DNA of 64,000 nt from Schizochytrium sp. TIO01 (GCA_004764695.1 SMSO01000006.1:387859-451858); one strand, 5' to 3'. Shown: positions 11,556 to 23,963, numbered from the stretch's first letter. A program made the numbers and translations. The notes: generated from the sequence alone by a model not told the origin.

Positions 11556-14500
11556 ATGTGTGTATGTATATGTAAGAGTGTACTTTTAGTGGTTCCTGAA
11601 GACTGACTGATTGATTCAACAACACCTTCGCAGAGTTGCGGAGTTTCCAACTTTGGATTTCGACGGCCTTCTCCGTTCTCCGGTCGCTCCCTCGGCAGCG
11701 CTTGGACCTCGCGGTTTTCACGCATTTTCGCAAGCTGAGGTGGCCTTTGCCTGCTTCGGTAGCCTCGCGTTGTCCCTGGCCAAGACTGGCTGCCGCTCAG
11801 ACTTGGGACTCGTGTACCACATCGCTCGGCCTTGTTTTATTTTCTAACAGAGAGCTTTCATAACTCTGGCAGATACAAGCAAACATTCATCTATTTTATA
11901 TAATTATTATTTAGTATTTATTTTTAATTTCTCAATTGTATATATATTTTAATTTTAATTTTAATTTTTTTTAATGTGCATCTCTTTTGCTTTTGTTTTT
12001 CTTTCCCCACTTCTTCCAATTGACTGATCCCTTGAAAAAAAAAGCAAAAACAAAGAACTCTTCCCTTTTTCCAAATTCTCTCTTCTGTAATTCTCCAGTC
12101 TCCGTTCAAGTTGTGTCTCGCTTCCTGTAAGCATGGTTTGGAAGCGCTGCCAGTAAATCAGAGAAAAACGTGTCTTTCTTTCAATACTTGCATGTCGTCG
12201 GTCGTGGCCGTTTTCTGTTCCTGCTTTATTTTACGAGTTCGTCTGCTCAGAATAACATGAGAAACTCCGTTGCCAAAGGAGAAGAGTTCAATCTCCCCAC
12301 ACCGTCCCCACATACTCCACAGTCGATGTGCCTCATAACTTAATCAGTAGAACTCAATAAGATGCACCGAAGCTCTGCTGTGGGAAACGTGTCGTCTGCT
12401 GGTTAAATCACGGCGATCCATCCTCAAGCGAAGCCTAGTATTTCAAGAAAGCGAAACTCGAACCATGGAGCTTGAGATTGCGACGGATCTTACGCATCTT
12501 ACGCCGTTATCAAGTTCGCAATACAAGCCAGGCGGTTGGGGTTTCCTTCTCCTCTGTCGCCGCCTTCCGCAGCGCGTAATTCCTCTATTCCGATTCGATC
12601 GGTTCGGGTCCTGTCGCTTGATGGCAGCCAGCCAGCTCCTCCCTTCCGCTTCGCCAGCGTCTTTCCTCATCTCCAAACTGATTCCACGCTATCCGCCTTT
12701 TCGTCCGCACGTGCATGATGGCTCACGCGCCAGCTGTGTTTCGCTTCTGTGAGCCATGCCAGCGGCAGGTGCTGTCTTGCTTGTCATCCGCTCAAGACAA
12801 TCAATCTCTTGGAATCCTAAACCAACCTCACTGAGCTTCTGAAGATTGATCTATCGATCGACGTGGGCGGTTCGACTCTACTGGGCTTCCTCAGTCGCTG
12901 CTTTCAGGGTCGGTTCTCCAGAATATCTTGTCTTGTCTCGTCTTGTCTTGCCGGCCCCGCTCGAAGCCAGCTGGCTAGCTGGAGCCTTTTCAGGGATAAC
13001 GTTCCGTGAAACATCCCTCCACTTGACGCCAATACTCTTTCGGACCTCGATTGTCGCGAACAGTCCTGTCTTCAAACGCGCTGGGCAACATGGGTGTTCT
13101 GCATCTATCTCGCCAGCTCCGGCCCCGAGCAATTCCGCCGCTCCACGGACCATTTACCTACCCACATGGATGACCAACGTCTCGGTGCCTCAGATCCTGT
13201 GCCGCTGATGAGTGAGCTCAACGCAGGCAGCCTCAACCCGGAATTGGCTATTGCTCTAGAAATCGACGATTGTACAGTGCTCCTTGAAAGGCGGTCCCGG
13301 CGCCCAAACTTGAAAGACATCCTGAAAGGTATACAGCCGAACGAGGTTTCTTTGGTTTTTAGGTGAAGCAGGGTGGCCATGTTGATGAAGAGTGAGAGTG
13401 GCACGGTCCCCCCGTGAACACTCACACTCTCCAAGTTATTATATGTGGCCCTATGTTGTTTCGTTCAATATTAAAAAAAACAACTAATAAAGTATGTTTT
13501 TTACTAACAACCGTTTGGCGTAATGATATATCATAAATGTAGAAATATAGAAATAAAATGACCAATGCACAAATAGACACTTGGCTGAATGCTTCTTCTT
13601 CGAAGCATACCGCTATTGACACATGGAAGCTAGAAATCCTGAGGTTACGTTGTTTTTAATTTTAAAATAGAAGTAAGCAAAAATTTAAAAAGAAAGCATT
13701 AAAATAAAAAAGGAAATAAATAACATGAAACACCAAAACTCACTGATGGTTTTTCAGGAATTCGTGATAAGAGAGCCCCGAAAGATCATGGCAGAGGAAG
13801 CGATGCGCCACTTGAAGGCAGAGCTTGAAGGCAGAAAGCACCTTCTCGCGGCAAAGCTCTACGTTTTGGCCCAGAAAGATAACCTGTCGTTGTTTTTTTA
13901 TCCCGCCAAAGATCGTACTCGAGTGGAACGACTTGTTCTCCTCGCACTTTTTCGCTCTTGGTTGTCTGTCTGATTTATTTACTCTTTTGTTTTGCTGTGG
14001 CTGGCTTTAGCTGCGTTTCTGAGAAGACTTGGCACTGTGACCGAAAGACTTTCTCTTCTTTTTCTCCGGCTTTGTCTCAGTAAACTCATTTCGAGAGTTT
14101 GGGTGTTGCAGAAACAGCTTCTGCACTCGCTCTGAGCTGCCTCTGCGCTCGTTCTCCGGCCATGATCCATTTATCTCTTCGATACTGTAAACCTCCGCCG
14201 TCCATCGGTCAGTTCCTTAGCACTTTTACATTTGGTAATGTTTTATTGTCTGGTCATGCATGTCATGTGTGGTCTTGGTTTTTTATTTTACTTTTAAAAT
14301 TAAAATTTTATCTTAAAACAATTTAATTATATCAATTATGTATATTATATGTACACCTTGCTAGTACCCTAATCCGCATTCTACCTTCATCATTACAAAG
14401 TCGCGAGTTGAAGTTAAAGGCCAAAGGTGAACTAAAATTGAGCGCCGCGGAATTCAAGGCAAGGCCATGTGGAGGCCTGTCACGAACGAAATGTTTGCTT

Positions 14501-15617
14501 GTCCACCTAGGCTGGCTGTCCTCCTCCTGACTGTTCGACCCAGGGAACCCAGCCAGTGTCGTCTGGCCAGCCAGCCTTGGCAGGCTCACATTGCAAACCT
14601 CGAACTAGAGATTCCAGCTCGTTGCACGAGCAATTCTCAGGATCTCCCCTGAACTACAAGGTACATACATTCCTACTTCGAGGTCTATCTGTGCAGCCAG
14701 AGTAATTCGGACGTCATAAATTGCTAACGACTCGACTCTTCCGGCTTTAGCGAGCGGGCAGCGCTTTCGCTGTGCCATTCCTTTGCCGACGCTACCGCTA
14801 AAGGCTCAAGCATTTGATCAGCTGGTTGATGACAAGTTGACTGTCTGTCTGATACTTATTCTCTCAACGTGACCTTTGTTTTTATTAATCAAAATCAAAA
14901 TATATAATAATAATAGTAAGGAACGTGCCCTTGTTTATTTACACAAAGTCAAGACAATCAAAACCCCGAAGCAAAGGCGAATACACCCTATTCGCTAGGC
15001 GGTGTGCTGATTGTTTGGATTTCGTGGCAACGAGCGCAGAGAAGAGGGCTTTTGTGATATCTGTTAGGCCATTGTGGTACTTTTTTCATGGTTCTTGAGG
15101 TTGTTATTCTTCCTGTGCATCCGAATTACCATTTGGTAGGTCCCCTACAAAAATCATCAGTTTGGTTTGTAGTACCAAAAACACAACACAACACATTTTC
15201 TTTTTTTTAATAGGAACGAAGCACCCAGTCATAGGAGATTGAAGAGTAAAAGAAAAAGAAAAAGAAAGGAGGTGGTTGCCCGAAGAAAAACAAGGGAGAA
15301 AGAGACTTTCGAAAAACTTTCAATTGGAATAAAGTGATTTCCACTTTGCTCTCCCGTGGCCAAGTTGAGTCACCTTGCACGCGTACGCTCAACAGACGCC
15401 TGCAAACCCGTTTTTGAGGCTGGCAGGCCTTGCAGCACCGCCTCGCTGCCGTCAGCTGGTACTGCCTGCTGCCAGCTGACACCTGACCAACACGAGAACT
15501 CAGACTAGTGAAGTGATGGTCTGGTACGTGCGCAACTCTGAACAAAGCGCTCCTGAAAACTTCTCAGGGACGTGCTTGGGCGCACGAGCTGGCAAAACCT
15601 TTATTCTGGCTGAGAAC

Positions 15618-18600
15618 ATGAAGAAGACTGTGGCAGCAGAGACCTGCTCAAGATGCAAGTCAAGGGAGCAGATTTGCCATGTAAATAGTAATGATGATAG
15701 CTTATGCAACAGCAATAGTAACTGCACCTTCAAAAGAAGAAAAAAGGGAACTAGTCTCACGAATGGAGTCGTCCGAAGATTGGCAGTGCTGTTTTCTTCC
15801 TTGGTCGTTCTCATGTCAACCCAAGTCACTGGCGAGGAGGTTCGCTTTACAGCGACGCTGACGTCTTCGAGAAGCCCTGATGACAGCGACACTGGCGGAT
15901 TCCAGGACGCTGCAGCTAGCTGCTTTGATGTTGCAGCTGAGGATGTTGGGTGCACTGTAAAATCATCAAATATGCAAGTAGTCTTCACAGGTCTTACGAT
16001 TGCAGACAATTTAGAAAATTCGAATTTGGATCGATTGTGCCGATGCATGCGCACATATATTGGCGAAACTACAGACTTTGAACTCAGTGAAGCCGGCTTT
16101 CGGCGCGAGAGCTCCTCTGGAATTTTTCATGAGTGGAAAGCACTTTCCAAACCAAACATTATGTTTGTATTGACAGACGATCATGGCTGGGCTGATGTAG
16201 GTTGGCACGACTATGAAGAATCAAATCTGGAAAGTGCTACTCCATTTCTTGACACTCTTGTGACCGAGAGTGTTCGTCTTGAACGTATGTACACCGCGCC
16301 AGTCTGCAGCCCATCCCGAACAATGTTATGGACAGGACGTTATTATTATCGCACTGGATATGGTCCGGCTGTTTCAAATGGTCAGATCTATGGTGTATCT
16401 GGACATGAAACCTTGTTACCGGAAATACTTAAAGGAAATGGATATCATGGGGCCTTGCTAGGCAAATGGCATCAGGGGTATCAAGACCAGCGGCACTGGC
16501 CAACGTTTCGCGGTTTTGACAACCATGTAGGGCCCTTCAGTCTTAACTATTTGTCCAGAGTTCAGGATATAACCTTTTCACAAAGTCCAGAGATCTTTGC
16601 AATAGCTAGTGCGGACATACCTAACATGGCAACACTTCATAACGGGACCATGAAAGCGGGTAAACTCAGTTATGAGAACGAGTTACCTCCGCTTTATAAT
16701 TCTAGCGATAGTGGCGGGATCTATGAGTCCATGCATGGCACTGATATCATAGGGATTGAATCAAAACGGTTTGTTGACATGTTCTACTCTTCAGAAGCAC
16801 GTAATACTCCATTATTTCTTAACGTTGCCTTCCGTGCTCCTCATGCAACAGTTCTTGCACCAGAACGTTACAGCACTGATGCCATTTTGTCAAAGCTCTT
16901 TACGAAGGCTTCATTATCAGAATATCGCCGGGACTACCTATGCATGATTCATGCTGCAGATGCAGGGGTTGAAGCAACTGTAGAGGCCATGCGATCAGAA
17001 TACGCATGGCATGATACAGTGTTCATCTTCTCATCTGACAATGGCGGGCTTTCCACAAAAAAAGGAGGAGCAAGCAACTACCCATTGATGGGGCAAAAAA
17101 ATACAATGTGGGAGGGCGGAATCCGTGTTGCAACTCTTCTTCGTGGAACAGAGTCTTCTCTTGCTGCACTTGATGATTCCGTAAAAGGCACTGCAAGTAA
17201 CCTTTACTTGCATTTTGTCGATATGATGCCAACCTTAGCAACAGGTATAGCTGGCATCCCAGTTGAAGATTACAAACTAGCTTGGAAGTGCCCTAAGTGC
17301 CTTCCTCACCGTGACAACATCTTGGATGGGCGCAATTTGTGGGATGCCATTCGTACAGGTCTCGAGGGAGAAGAATTTTACGAAACACGTGTACTCTCTG
17401 TTGTACCTGAGGAGCAAACAGATCTCAGCGAAGATCTGGAAAAACTCTTGAAGTTCGTTCCTGATTATGTGCGCAATGTGAGCTTCTATGATGGTACAAT
17501 TTATGAGAGTTTGGTAAAGGCCTCTTCGGATGGGTTTACATGGGCTGCTCAACAAGAACGAATTGCCCGGCACGGAGGAGGTGTCGTGCAATATGGCCCC
17601 TATAAACTTGTTTTTGGTTTCCCTTCCAGCTATGGCAAACCAAATTTCCCTTGGGAGATGACAACATCTGATTATCGTACTCGATTCCGGAGCACACCAA
17701 ATAATGGTGGTGTGGCCATTAATTTTGATGTCGGATCTGAAGGAATTCCGCGGGGACACTTCAATAAATTTTTCATGTTCAACGTAGAAGATGATGAAGG
17801 TGAGAGGAAAAACCTTTTGCGATCTACATACTTGAATGCGGATATTAAGGCTATCGTGAATAAGATGTTTGAGGTCTACAGAACTATTCAGCAACCTGAA
17901 GAGGCAGTGGTGGACCACTATTTAAAGTATAGTTTATCCGGGGATCCTGCGCAGGTGCTTGTTGCCAGTGAAACCAAAGCTTTTTTCCATCCCTTCTGCG
18001 ACCAAAGTTTGCGCTGTAAATATGACTCAGAAGTTGTACAACCACCTTCGGTCACGGATGCTCCCACAACTGCGCCAACACTCGCACCAACATCGAAACC
18101 AACTATTTCACCAACCAAAAGTCCTAGTTTGTCTCCGAGCGCCTCTCCAACACTTTATCCCACTAGTTTTCCTACCTTGGCTCCCACTCGGGCGCCCACA
18201 ACTGAGCCAGGAGAAAAAGTAGAACCGTCCCAATCTACCATGTCTCCGACAGCAACGCCAACACACTATCCAACATCACTTCCTACGAAGCAACCCACTG
18301 ACTTGAAAGATGCTTCTGAGGTTTTATCTTCAGAATTACAGAGCGAGGCAGATGCGCTCCAAAATCTGTCCAAGAGAAAGCATTTCCCACGAGGTTGTGC
18401 AGCATACATCTTCGAAAGTGCAACAATCCCATCTAGCGTTAGCCCGTATAGAAAGAGGACATACAAGGCTAAATACGGAAGCTGGAAAACGAAATGCTGG
18501 AGTTATTGTAACATACATTATAAGAACTGCGTGATGTTTAGTGCTGAGAAAATATCCAATCGAAAGTACGTGTGTAGGATATACGCAGAAAGTACATCGT

Positions 18601-18668
18601 ATTTGGAACAGCGTATCTCAAGTACAAGTACCAACATAGCAGCTCTTGGAAATATGTGCTTTACGTAA
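15618..18668 (+). CDS. Secreted/anchored S1-family (formylglycine-dependent) sulfatase with Pro/Thr linker and C-terminal Cys-rich (PAN/apple-like) module
   Basis: PNIMFVLTDDHGWADVG, CSPSR (Cys codon about 16305), GKWHQG, RAPH, FSSDNGG, GQKNTMWEGGIRV, HFVDMMPTL, LDGRNLW. Hydrophobic stretch RRLAVLFSSLVVLMS; PT repeats about 18040-18300; C-terminal CWSYC...C..FS...CRIY. Start uncertain (ATG 15516 or 15618). Confidence 0.92.
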   Translation: MKKTVAAETCSRCKSREQICHVNSNDDSLCNSNSNCTFKRRKKGTSLTNGVVRRLAVLFSSLVVLMSTQVTGEEVRFTATLTSSRSPDDSDTGGFQDAAASCFDVAAEDVGCTVKSSNMQVVFTGLTIADNLENSNLDRLCRCMRTYIGETTDFELSEAGFRRESSSGIFHEWKALSKPNIMFVLTDDHGWADVGWHDYEESNLESATPFLDTLVTESVRLERMYTAPVCSPSRTMLWTGRYYYRTGYGPAVSNGQIYGVSGHETLLPEILKGNGYHGALLGKWHQGYQDQRHWPTFRGFDNHVGPFSLNYLSRVQDITFSQSPEIFAIASADIPNMATLHNGTMKAGKLSYENELPPLYNSSDSGGIYESMHGTDIIGIESKRFVDMFYSSEARNTPLFLNVAFRAPHATVLAPERYSTDAILSKLFTKASLSEYRRDYLCMIHAADAGVEATVEAMRSEYAWHDTVFIFSSDNGGLSTKKGGASNYPLMGQKNTMWEGGIRVATLLRGTESSLAALDDSVKGTASNLYLHFVDMMPTLATGIAGIPVEDYKLAWKCPKCLPHRDNILDGRNLWDAIRTGLEGEEFYETRVLSVVPEEQTDLSEDLEKLLKFVPDYVRNVSFYDGTIYESLVKASSDGFTWAAQQERIARHGGGVVQYGPYKLVFGFPSSYGKPNFPWEMTTSDYRTRFRSTPNNGGVAINFDVGSEGIPRGHFNKFFMFNVEDDEGERKNLLRSTYLNADIKAIVNKMFEVYRTIQQPEEAVVDHYLKYSLSGDPAQVLVASETKAFFHPFCDQSLRCKYDSEVVQPPSVTDAPTTAPTLAPTSKPTISPTKSPSLSPSASPTLYPTSFPTLAPTRAPTTEPGEKVEPSQSTMSPTATPTHYPTSLPTKQPTDLKDASEVLSSELQSEADALQNLSKRKHFPRGCAAYIFESATIPSSVSPYRKRTYKAKYGSWKTKCWSYCNIHYKNCVMFSAEKISNRKYVCRIYAESTSYLEQRISSTSTNIAALGNMCFT

Positions 18669-19692
18669 ATATGATTATCCGTATTTTTGAAATGATTAAA
18701 AATAAAAGTAATGTTTGTATGCAATTAAGCGCCAATCTCGAGATTGCTGAAACCAATAAAGTGGTAGTTTATTGGAGCTTCTTGGAGATTTTGCATTGTA
18801 TGCTGAGGAATTTCGAGTATGAAGCCAACATTGAGTCTGCTTTCAAATGCTGCTAGGACATAGTGTACTTTTGTATGCTACCCTGAGGTTCAATGTTTGC
18901 AGTTCTATATATTTCAGATTGATTTGTCCATTTCAAGAGTTCATGAACAAAATCTGTGTGTAGTAGACCCCTTTCGAAACACACATTTTCCCGCTTCAGT
19001 GAAACGAACGTGTAACACAGCAGTTCAGCTTTCGCAAGTAAATTCATCAAAGTTCATACTACCTCCAACATCAAAATTATTTCATCTTACGACTATCATC
19101 CGGTGCTTTCAAAGCATAATAAAGGTTTAACAATTATTTTCACTCACAAAGAAGCTGTGGAAGTCTGTATTACGCACCAAGCTATTGGATTCGACTTCTC
19201 AGGGTTGAAAGGTAAGGAACAAGCGCACTGATACTGAACAAACCTGAAAAGGAGATGCGTCTATGTATGATTGTTTGTTTCCTTCAATAGTACTTTGCTC
19301 CAAATCGAATGGAAAGCCATGTATATCATTCTCTCGATCAATATAATATGATTGCATAAGTTGTCTATTGTTTTATCTGTTTTTGTTCTTTACATAGGGT
19401 ATGGGGGATTAGTAAAAGGGATAGAGAGAGATAGGGGAATTTCAAACAAAACAGACTGCGTAGAAAAACGCAACTATTTAAGTGTTTGTTTGTGCGAATG
19501 CATGTATGAATAGATGGTTAGGTAGGGTGGCATATGAGTAGTAGAAACAAAAAGTGGGTTTTAAGGTCGTGCTTGTCCAAGTAGTACAACGTTAAAAGAC
19601 TACCGCTGGCGAGAAGGGGGGCGGGGGAGTGGAGGCAATTGTGGACACTTGCCCAAGAAATACAGAGCAGCATGAGAACACATGAGCAACAC

Positions 19693-21675
19693 TTAGTTAT
19701 TCAAGTAGCCCGCCTGCTCACGTCCAAGAAACACGTTGAGGATAGCCGCACAAAACTGAAACCAGACTTGGATCATGACGAAGGATCCCCAGAAAATAGA
19801 TTCAGGAGCCTCTTTGACAGCAGAAGCAGCGATCTTTGCACGCTCTGACAGATGCTGCTGACGCTGGGGCTGAGCTTTCTTTGCTTGTCGATGGCGACGC
19901 TGTAATGCCCTTTCGGCCGCAGCGTATTGCATTTCGTATCCACGAGAGCCGAGATTCGAGACCCAGAGCTCCTTGGATGCAGCAGATTTTGCACGCATAA
20001 TCAACACACGGCCTGATGAGGTTTTGATCTTGAAGATCGACTCGTCTTCGGGGCAGTCAGCCTCGAGCGCAACTTCATCAAGGATAACGATTGTCGAAGG
20101 GCGGCTGGCGTCCTTTTGCGGGAACATGTAAAGGACATTGTTGTGTACAACAGCCCATCGCTTCTTCCAAGGACCCTGCATGTTTTCTGTAATGCTAACC
20201 CATCCTTTCAGCACTCCAGAGACAGATTCGGCACTGCTTGCGAGCTTAGCGGCTGCCGTGCGAGAACGTTGTGGCGACGAGTACCCGTCGGAGGAGTGCT
20301 TCGCTGAGGAGCTTCCTTCCGAAGAAGTCTCATCAATGCCGGCGAGATCACTACTTGAAATCAAAAATTCGTGGCAGACTACCTGCGACTTGGCATCACT
20401 ATCGTCACTGCCAAAGATGCGGATTTCGGGAGAGCTATTGATTTCCTGCTTGGTTTCTGAAGGTAGGGGCCACTCTTTCTTTTTCTCGTTTTTCGCTGCA
20501 ACCTGGACAGGCGGTTCCCCTGTACTTGTACCTTCGTATTGTCGGTTATCATTTGTGATATTCTCGACTTCACCGGGAAAGCTTTTCACCATTTTAGGTG
20601 GAGATCCGGCGCTCTCGAAAGGTTTCGGGTACTCTTCCTCGTCTAGGGGGGCTGGGGACGTGACAAGTGATGGAGGGTCATCGACGAATTGAACGTGACG
20701 AGTAGGCGAATCAGAGGGACTAGCTACACCCTTCTTTGAGGCAGGTGATGCAGGAACGTCTCCATCTGGCATGTCTTCTTTGACGGCCTCGGCGAAGGAC
20801 TTGTCTGGAGAAACAAGGGCACTGTGGTCCTCATCCATCGGGGTGTCTTCTTTGACGGCCTCGGCGAAAGACTTGTCTGGCGATACAAGGGCACTGTGGT
20901 CCTCTTCCATCGGGGTGTCTTCTTTGACAGCTTCGGCGAAAGACTTGTCTGGCGATACAAGGGCACTGTGGTCCTCTTCCATTGGGGTGTCTTCTTTGAC
21001 AGCCTCGGCGAAAGACTTGTCTGGCGATACAAGGGCACTGTGGTCCTCTTCCGTTGGGGTGTCTTCTTTAACAGCCTCGGCGAAAGACTTGTCTGGCGAT
21101 ACAAGGGCACTGTGGTCCTCTGCGGCTGATAAAGTTGGTGCGCCCGTATCCAAAGGAGAATCCTCCTTGACAGCATCTACGAAAGATTTGTCTGGTGTAA
21201 CAATAGCATTGTGGTCTTCCAGAGAAGGACTGTTGTGGTCGTCGGGTAGTCGTTCTTGGCCGAACATTGCCGCAGGTTGCAGCGTTGGTACACTGGACAG
21301 TTTTCCAGCAGCTGCTGGTCCAGGGCTCTTTGGCTGATGTTGAATGTCTGCCTTGAACTCATCTGTACCAGGCATCGAAATCTTCTTGTCACTTTTAGTA
21401 ATGAAAGCCTTTTTCATTTTTTCGGGGGAACCCGCACCATCGCTGCTGTTGTCATCATTGTTGTTGTTTGTCTTTACATTGGCAGCATCGCGGCCTACCT
21501 CCAGCTCACTGTGCACTGCGGACTCTTCCCGAGCGGGAGACATGGGCGGAGACCCGTTGAGTTCTTCATTGTTATTAGCGTTAAAGAAGTCTGGGTCATC
21601 AGATGGATCTAGTTCGTGATCCGCTGGTGTTGCTCCGTTCACCTTGTCTTTATCCGCCGTCGTTGATGGCAGCAT
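19693..21675 (-). CDS. PH-domain protein with long acidic disordered N-terminus, 24-aa tandem repeats and hydrophobic C-terminal segment
   Basis: PH motifs LKGWVS...WKKRWAVVHNNVLYMF...FKIKT...LIMRAKSAASKELWVSNL. The first in-frame ATG is at 21675 (GCCATG), but the frame stays open upstream to 21960, so the true 5' end is uncertain. Confidence 0.85.
   Translation of the reverse strand: MLPSTTADKDKVNGATPADHELDPSDDPDFFNANNNEELNGSPPMSPAREESAVHSELEVGRDAANVKTNNNNDDNSSDGAGSPEKMKKAFITKSDKKISMPGTDEFKADIQHQPKSPGPAAAGKLSSVPTLQPAAMFGQERLPDDHNSPSLEDHNAIVTPDKSFVDAVKEDSPLDTGAPTLSAAEDHSALVSPDKSFAEAVKEDTPTEEDHSALVSPDKSFAEAVKEDTPMEEDHSALVSPDKSFAEAVKEDTPMEEDHSALVSPDKSFAEAVKEDTPMDEDHSALVSPDKSFAEAVKEDMPDGDVPASPASKKGVASPSDSPTRHVQFVDDPPSLVTSPAPLDEEEYPKPFESAGSPPKMVKSFPGEVENITNDNRQYEGTSTGEPPVQVAAKNEKKKEWPLPSETKQEINSSPEIRIFGSDDSDAKSQVVCHEFLISSSDLAGIDETSSEGSSSAKHSSDGYSSPQRSRTAAAKLASSAESVSGVLKGWVSITENMQGPWKKRWAVVHNNVLYMFPQKDASRPSTIVILDEVALEADCPEDESIFKIKTSSGRVLIMRAKSAASKELWVSNLGSRGYEMQYAAAERALQRRHRQAKKAQPQRQQHLSERAKIAASAVKEAPESIFWGSFVMIQVWFQFCAAILNVFLGREQAGYLNN
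20770..21240 (-). repeat. Coding minisatellite, 72-bp unit (EDHSALVSPDKSFAEAVKEDTPME), 5 near-identical copies plus 1 degenerate copy
   Basis: GACTTGTCTGG recurs at 20798, 20870, 20942, 21014 and 21086 (period 72); a diverged copy sits at 21185. Confidence 0.95.
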
Positions 21676-23135
21676 GGCTTTCAGTACTGAGGACTTTTTG
21701 TTCTTCTTGTTCTTGGATTTCTTGCGTCGTGCCACTGCGCCCCCATCTGAGCTCGAGGCTGACGACGACGACGCCGACGAGGACGACGCCGCGCCGCCGC
21801 CGCTGCCAGACCCGCCTTGGCCACGGGTCCTCCTTGTTGCTGCATCATCATTCCCGCCTTGCTTTCCTCCCTCCGTGCGATAGCTTTCCTCTTCGGAGAC
21901 AGCTTTTCCACGATCCGCTTCATCCGCTGCTGTTCCAGTTCTGCTGCTGCTGCTCCTTCTTCAATTCCTATTTCGCCTTCTTAGTCAGTCAGTCAAACAC
22001 TCAAATCAATCAATTAATCAGACAGGTAATCTCTTTCTCTCTTTCGTTCTACTCCAGATAGTAGCTAGCTAGCTAGAGCACCTTCTACTACGTCTTCCTA
22101 CTCCAAGCTAGCTAGCCAGCTAGGTTATCTTATCTCTCTCTTGGTTGCTGAGTCCCAACACCAATTTCGCTCGCACCTCTGCCGCCTCTGCCGCTTGCTC
22201 GCCCTCTCGCCCAGAGATGATTGATACCCACCCACCCACCTGCCTGCCTGCCTGCCTGCCTGCCTGTAGTATCAACTTCAAGCAAGCGTGAAACAAAACA
22301 AGAGTGGGCCAATGACCCTCTTCAGGCACTGTCGTCACGGTATCTCGTGTCTATCTCTGCCTACGACGCCTTTCTTCGTCTTTCGTTACCGCCTTCGATG
22401 ATTCGCTTTTCCCCCTTTTTTCTCTCTTTAATCGAAATGTAAAAACCTATTCAAAAGTTGATTGACCTAAGTTTTTTTCTTTCTGTCTTTCTTTCTTTCT
22501 TTCTTTTTTTTTTTTTTTTTTTTTTAAAAAAAAAATCTCTGCTTCAAAAGTGCTATTGTTCTTTATAGCTCTGTGCCTAGCGTGTAACTCCCTCCTTTCG
22601 AGCTTTCGAGGCAAGGTTAAGAAGGAAAGAATGAAAGAATGAAAGAGGAAAGAAAGAAGGAAAGAAAGAAAGAAGGAAAAGCGAAAGAACTCAGTGTGAG
22701 TCTCTCACTCAATCTCAGCGGTCCTGAGAGAAACGAAGAAGAGAGATGTGACGCGAGCGGTTGCTTTGGCCTACCGGTTGGTTGGTTGGTTGGTTGGTTG
22801 ATTCTTGCCTCGTGAGGACCCTTGCTTCACGCCACAGCGCTTTCCTTCTCCACTTCCTTTCGCCAGCTGGCTCGCTCGGCCTCCTGCTCCAAGTTGAAGC
22901 TATTTATTTCCCTCCATTGATCGATCGTTGTGGTTGTTGTTGTTGTTGTGGTTATTGTTGTTGTGTTTGCTTTACAAGGTCAGGATTCCATTCTTCGTTC
23001 GTTTCATCATCCATTCCTTCATCCATTCCTTCGCTCGTTCGGGCAGCTACATGGAGACGGCGTGCGAGAGCGGTGTGACTCGTAGCATCAGCGTGAGCTA
23101 GTTGTCTGTGACTCGGCCAGTGGGTACGAGCTTCT

Positions 23136-23194
23136 CCAATTCATTCCAATTCATTCCAATTCATCCCATTTCATTCCAATTCATCCCATTTCAT
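23136..23194. repeat. 10-bp minisatellite (CCAATTCATT / CCATTTCATT-type variants), about 6 copies
   Basis: Directly visible tandem array. Confidence 0.85.
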
Positions 23195-23963
23195 GTCCTC
23201 CGCATATGACTCGACAACCTTTCGCATTGCATTCCTTCCCGTCCAAAATTGCAAATGCAGAGGCGATCTATAAAGAACTTCTGACAAAGCTGACAAAGTC
23301 GTCCATCATCCTCATCCTCATCCTCATCGTCATCGTCATCACAGCTGGCTAGCTAGCAAGCTCTCTCTCAAGCAATCTCAAGGAGCGGCAAGCACGCCGG
23401 CACCGGAGAGCACGTCGTCCACGCTGGCTGGGCGTGGCTGAGCGTGGCTGAGCGAAGGAGGGCGCTCAGGATCCTCAGCAGATGTGAGATTTATCCATTC
23501 GCCTCACGATGGGGATGGCCAACGCCAGGGAAGTCTGTCCTCAGCCTCCACGGGGTGCTCCTCCTCCTCGTTCTCTATCTCTCAAAGCGCCTTCGACGTC
23601 GTCCTTGGGGTTTTCCACCGCCACTTAAAGCGTCAAACCTGAAGCAGGAGCCTGGCGCTTTGCCACCCTGGCTACGTCGCGGACTTTGTCCTTGTTTGTC
23701 TCGCCGAGCTGCCGCTCTGCGCGTCGTCGTGGCGGAGTTTGTCTGCAGAATCCTTCGCTCTTGAAACGAGCAATCTTTGCGTTCTTTTCGTTGCTCTGTA
23801 ATGAGGGGCAGCTTCTATCTACCGTATACTACTAGTAGGTCCCTAGCTCTGAACCAACAAACAACAAAGAAACAAAGAAACAAAGAAATGAACAGTTTTT
23901 AATTCGCGAAATCGAAATTAAAAACATTTGAACAAACATTCCGAAGATAATGAATTTTCAAAG

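Noticed and set aside
11193-14652. Cluster of 60-120 aa ORFs that might be exons or a pseudogene
   Set aside because: No recognisable motifs or consistent splice chain; several are microsatellite translations.
1706-18668. Metal/detoxification gene cluster (NIPA, AS3MT, sulfatase)
   Set aside because: The genes belong to unrelated pathways, have mixed orientation and are separated by unrelated sequence; adjacency alone is not evidence in a eukaryote.
20770-21240. CRISPR-like regular repeat
   Set aside because: There are no unique spacers; it is an in-frame 72-bp coding tandem repeat in a eukaryotic gene.
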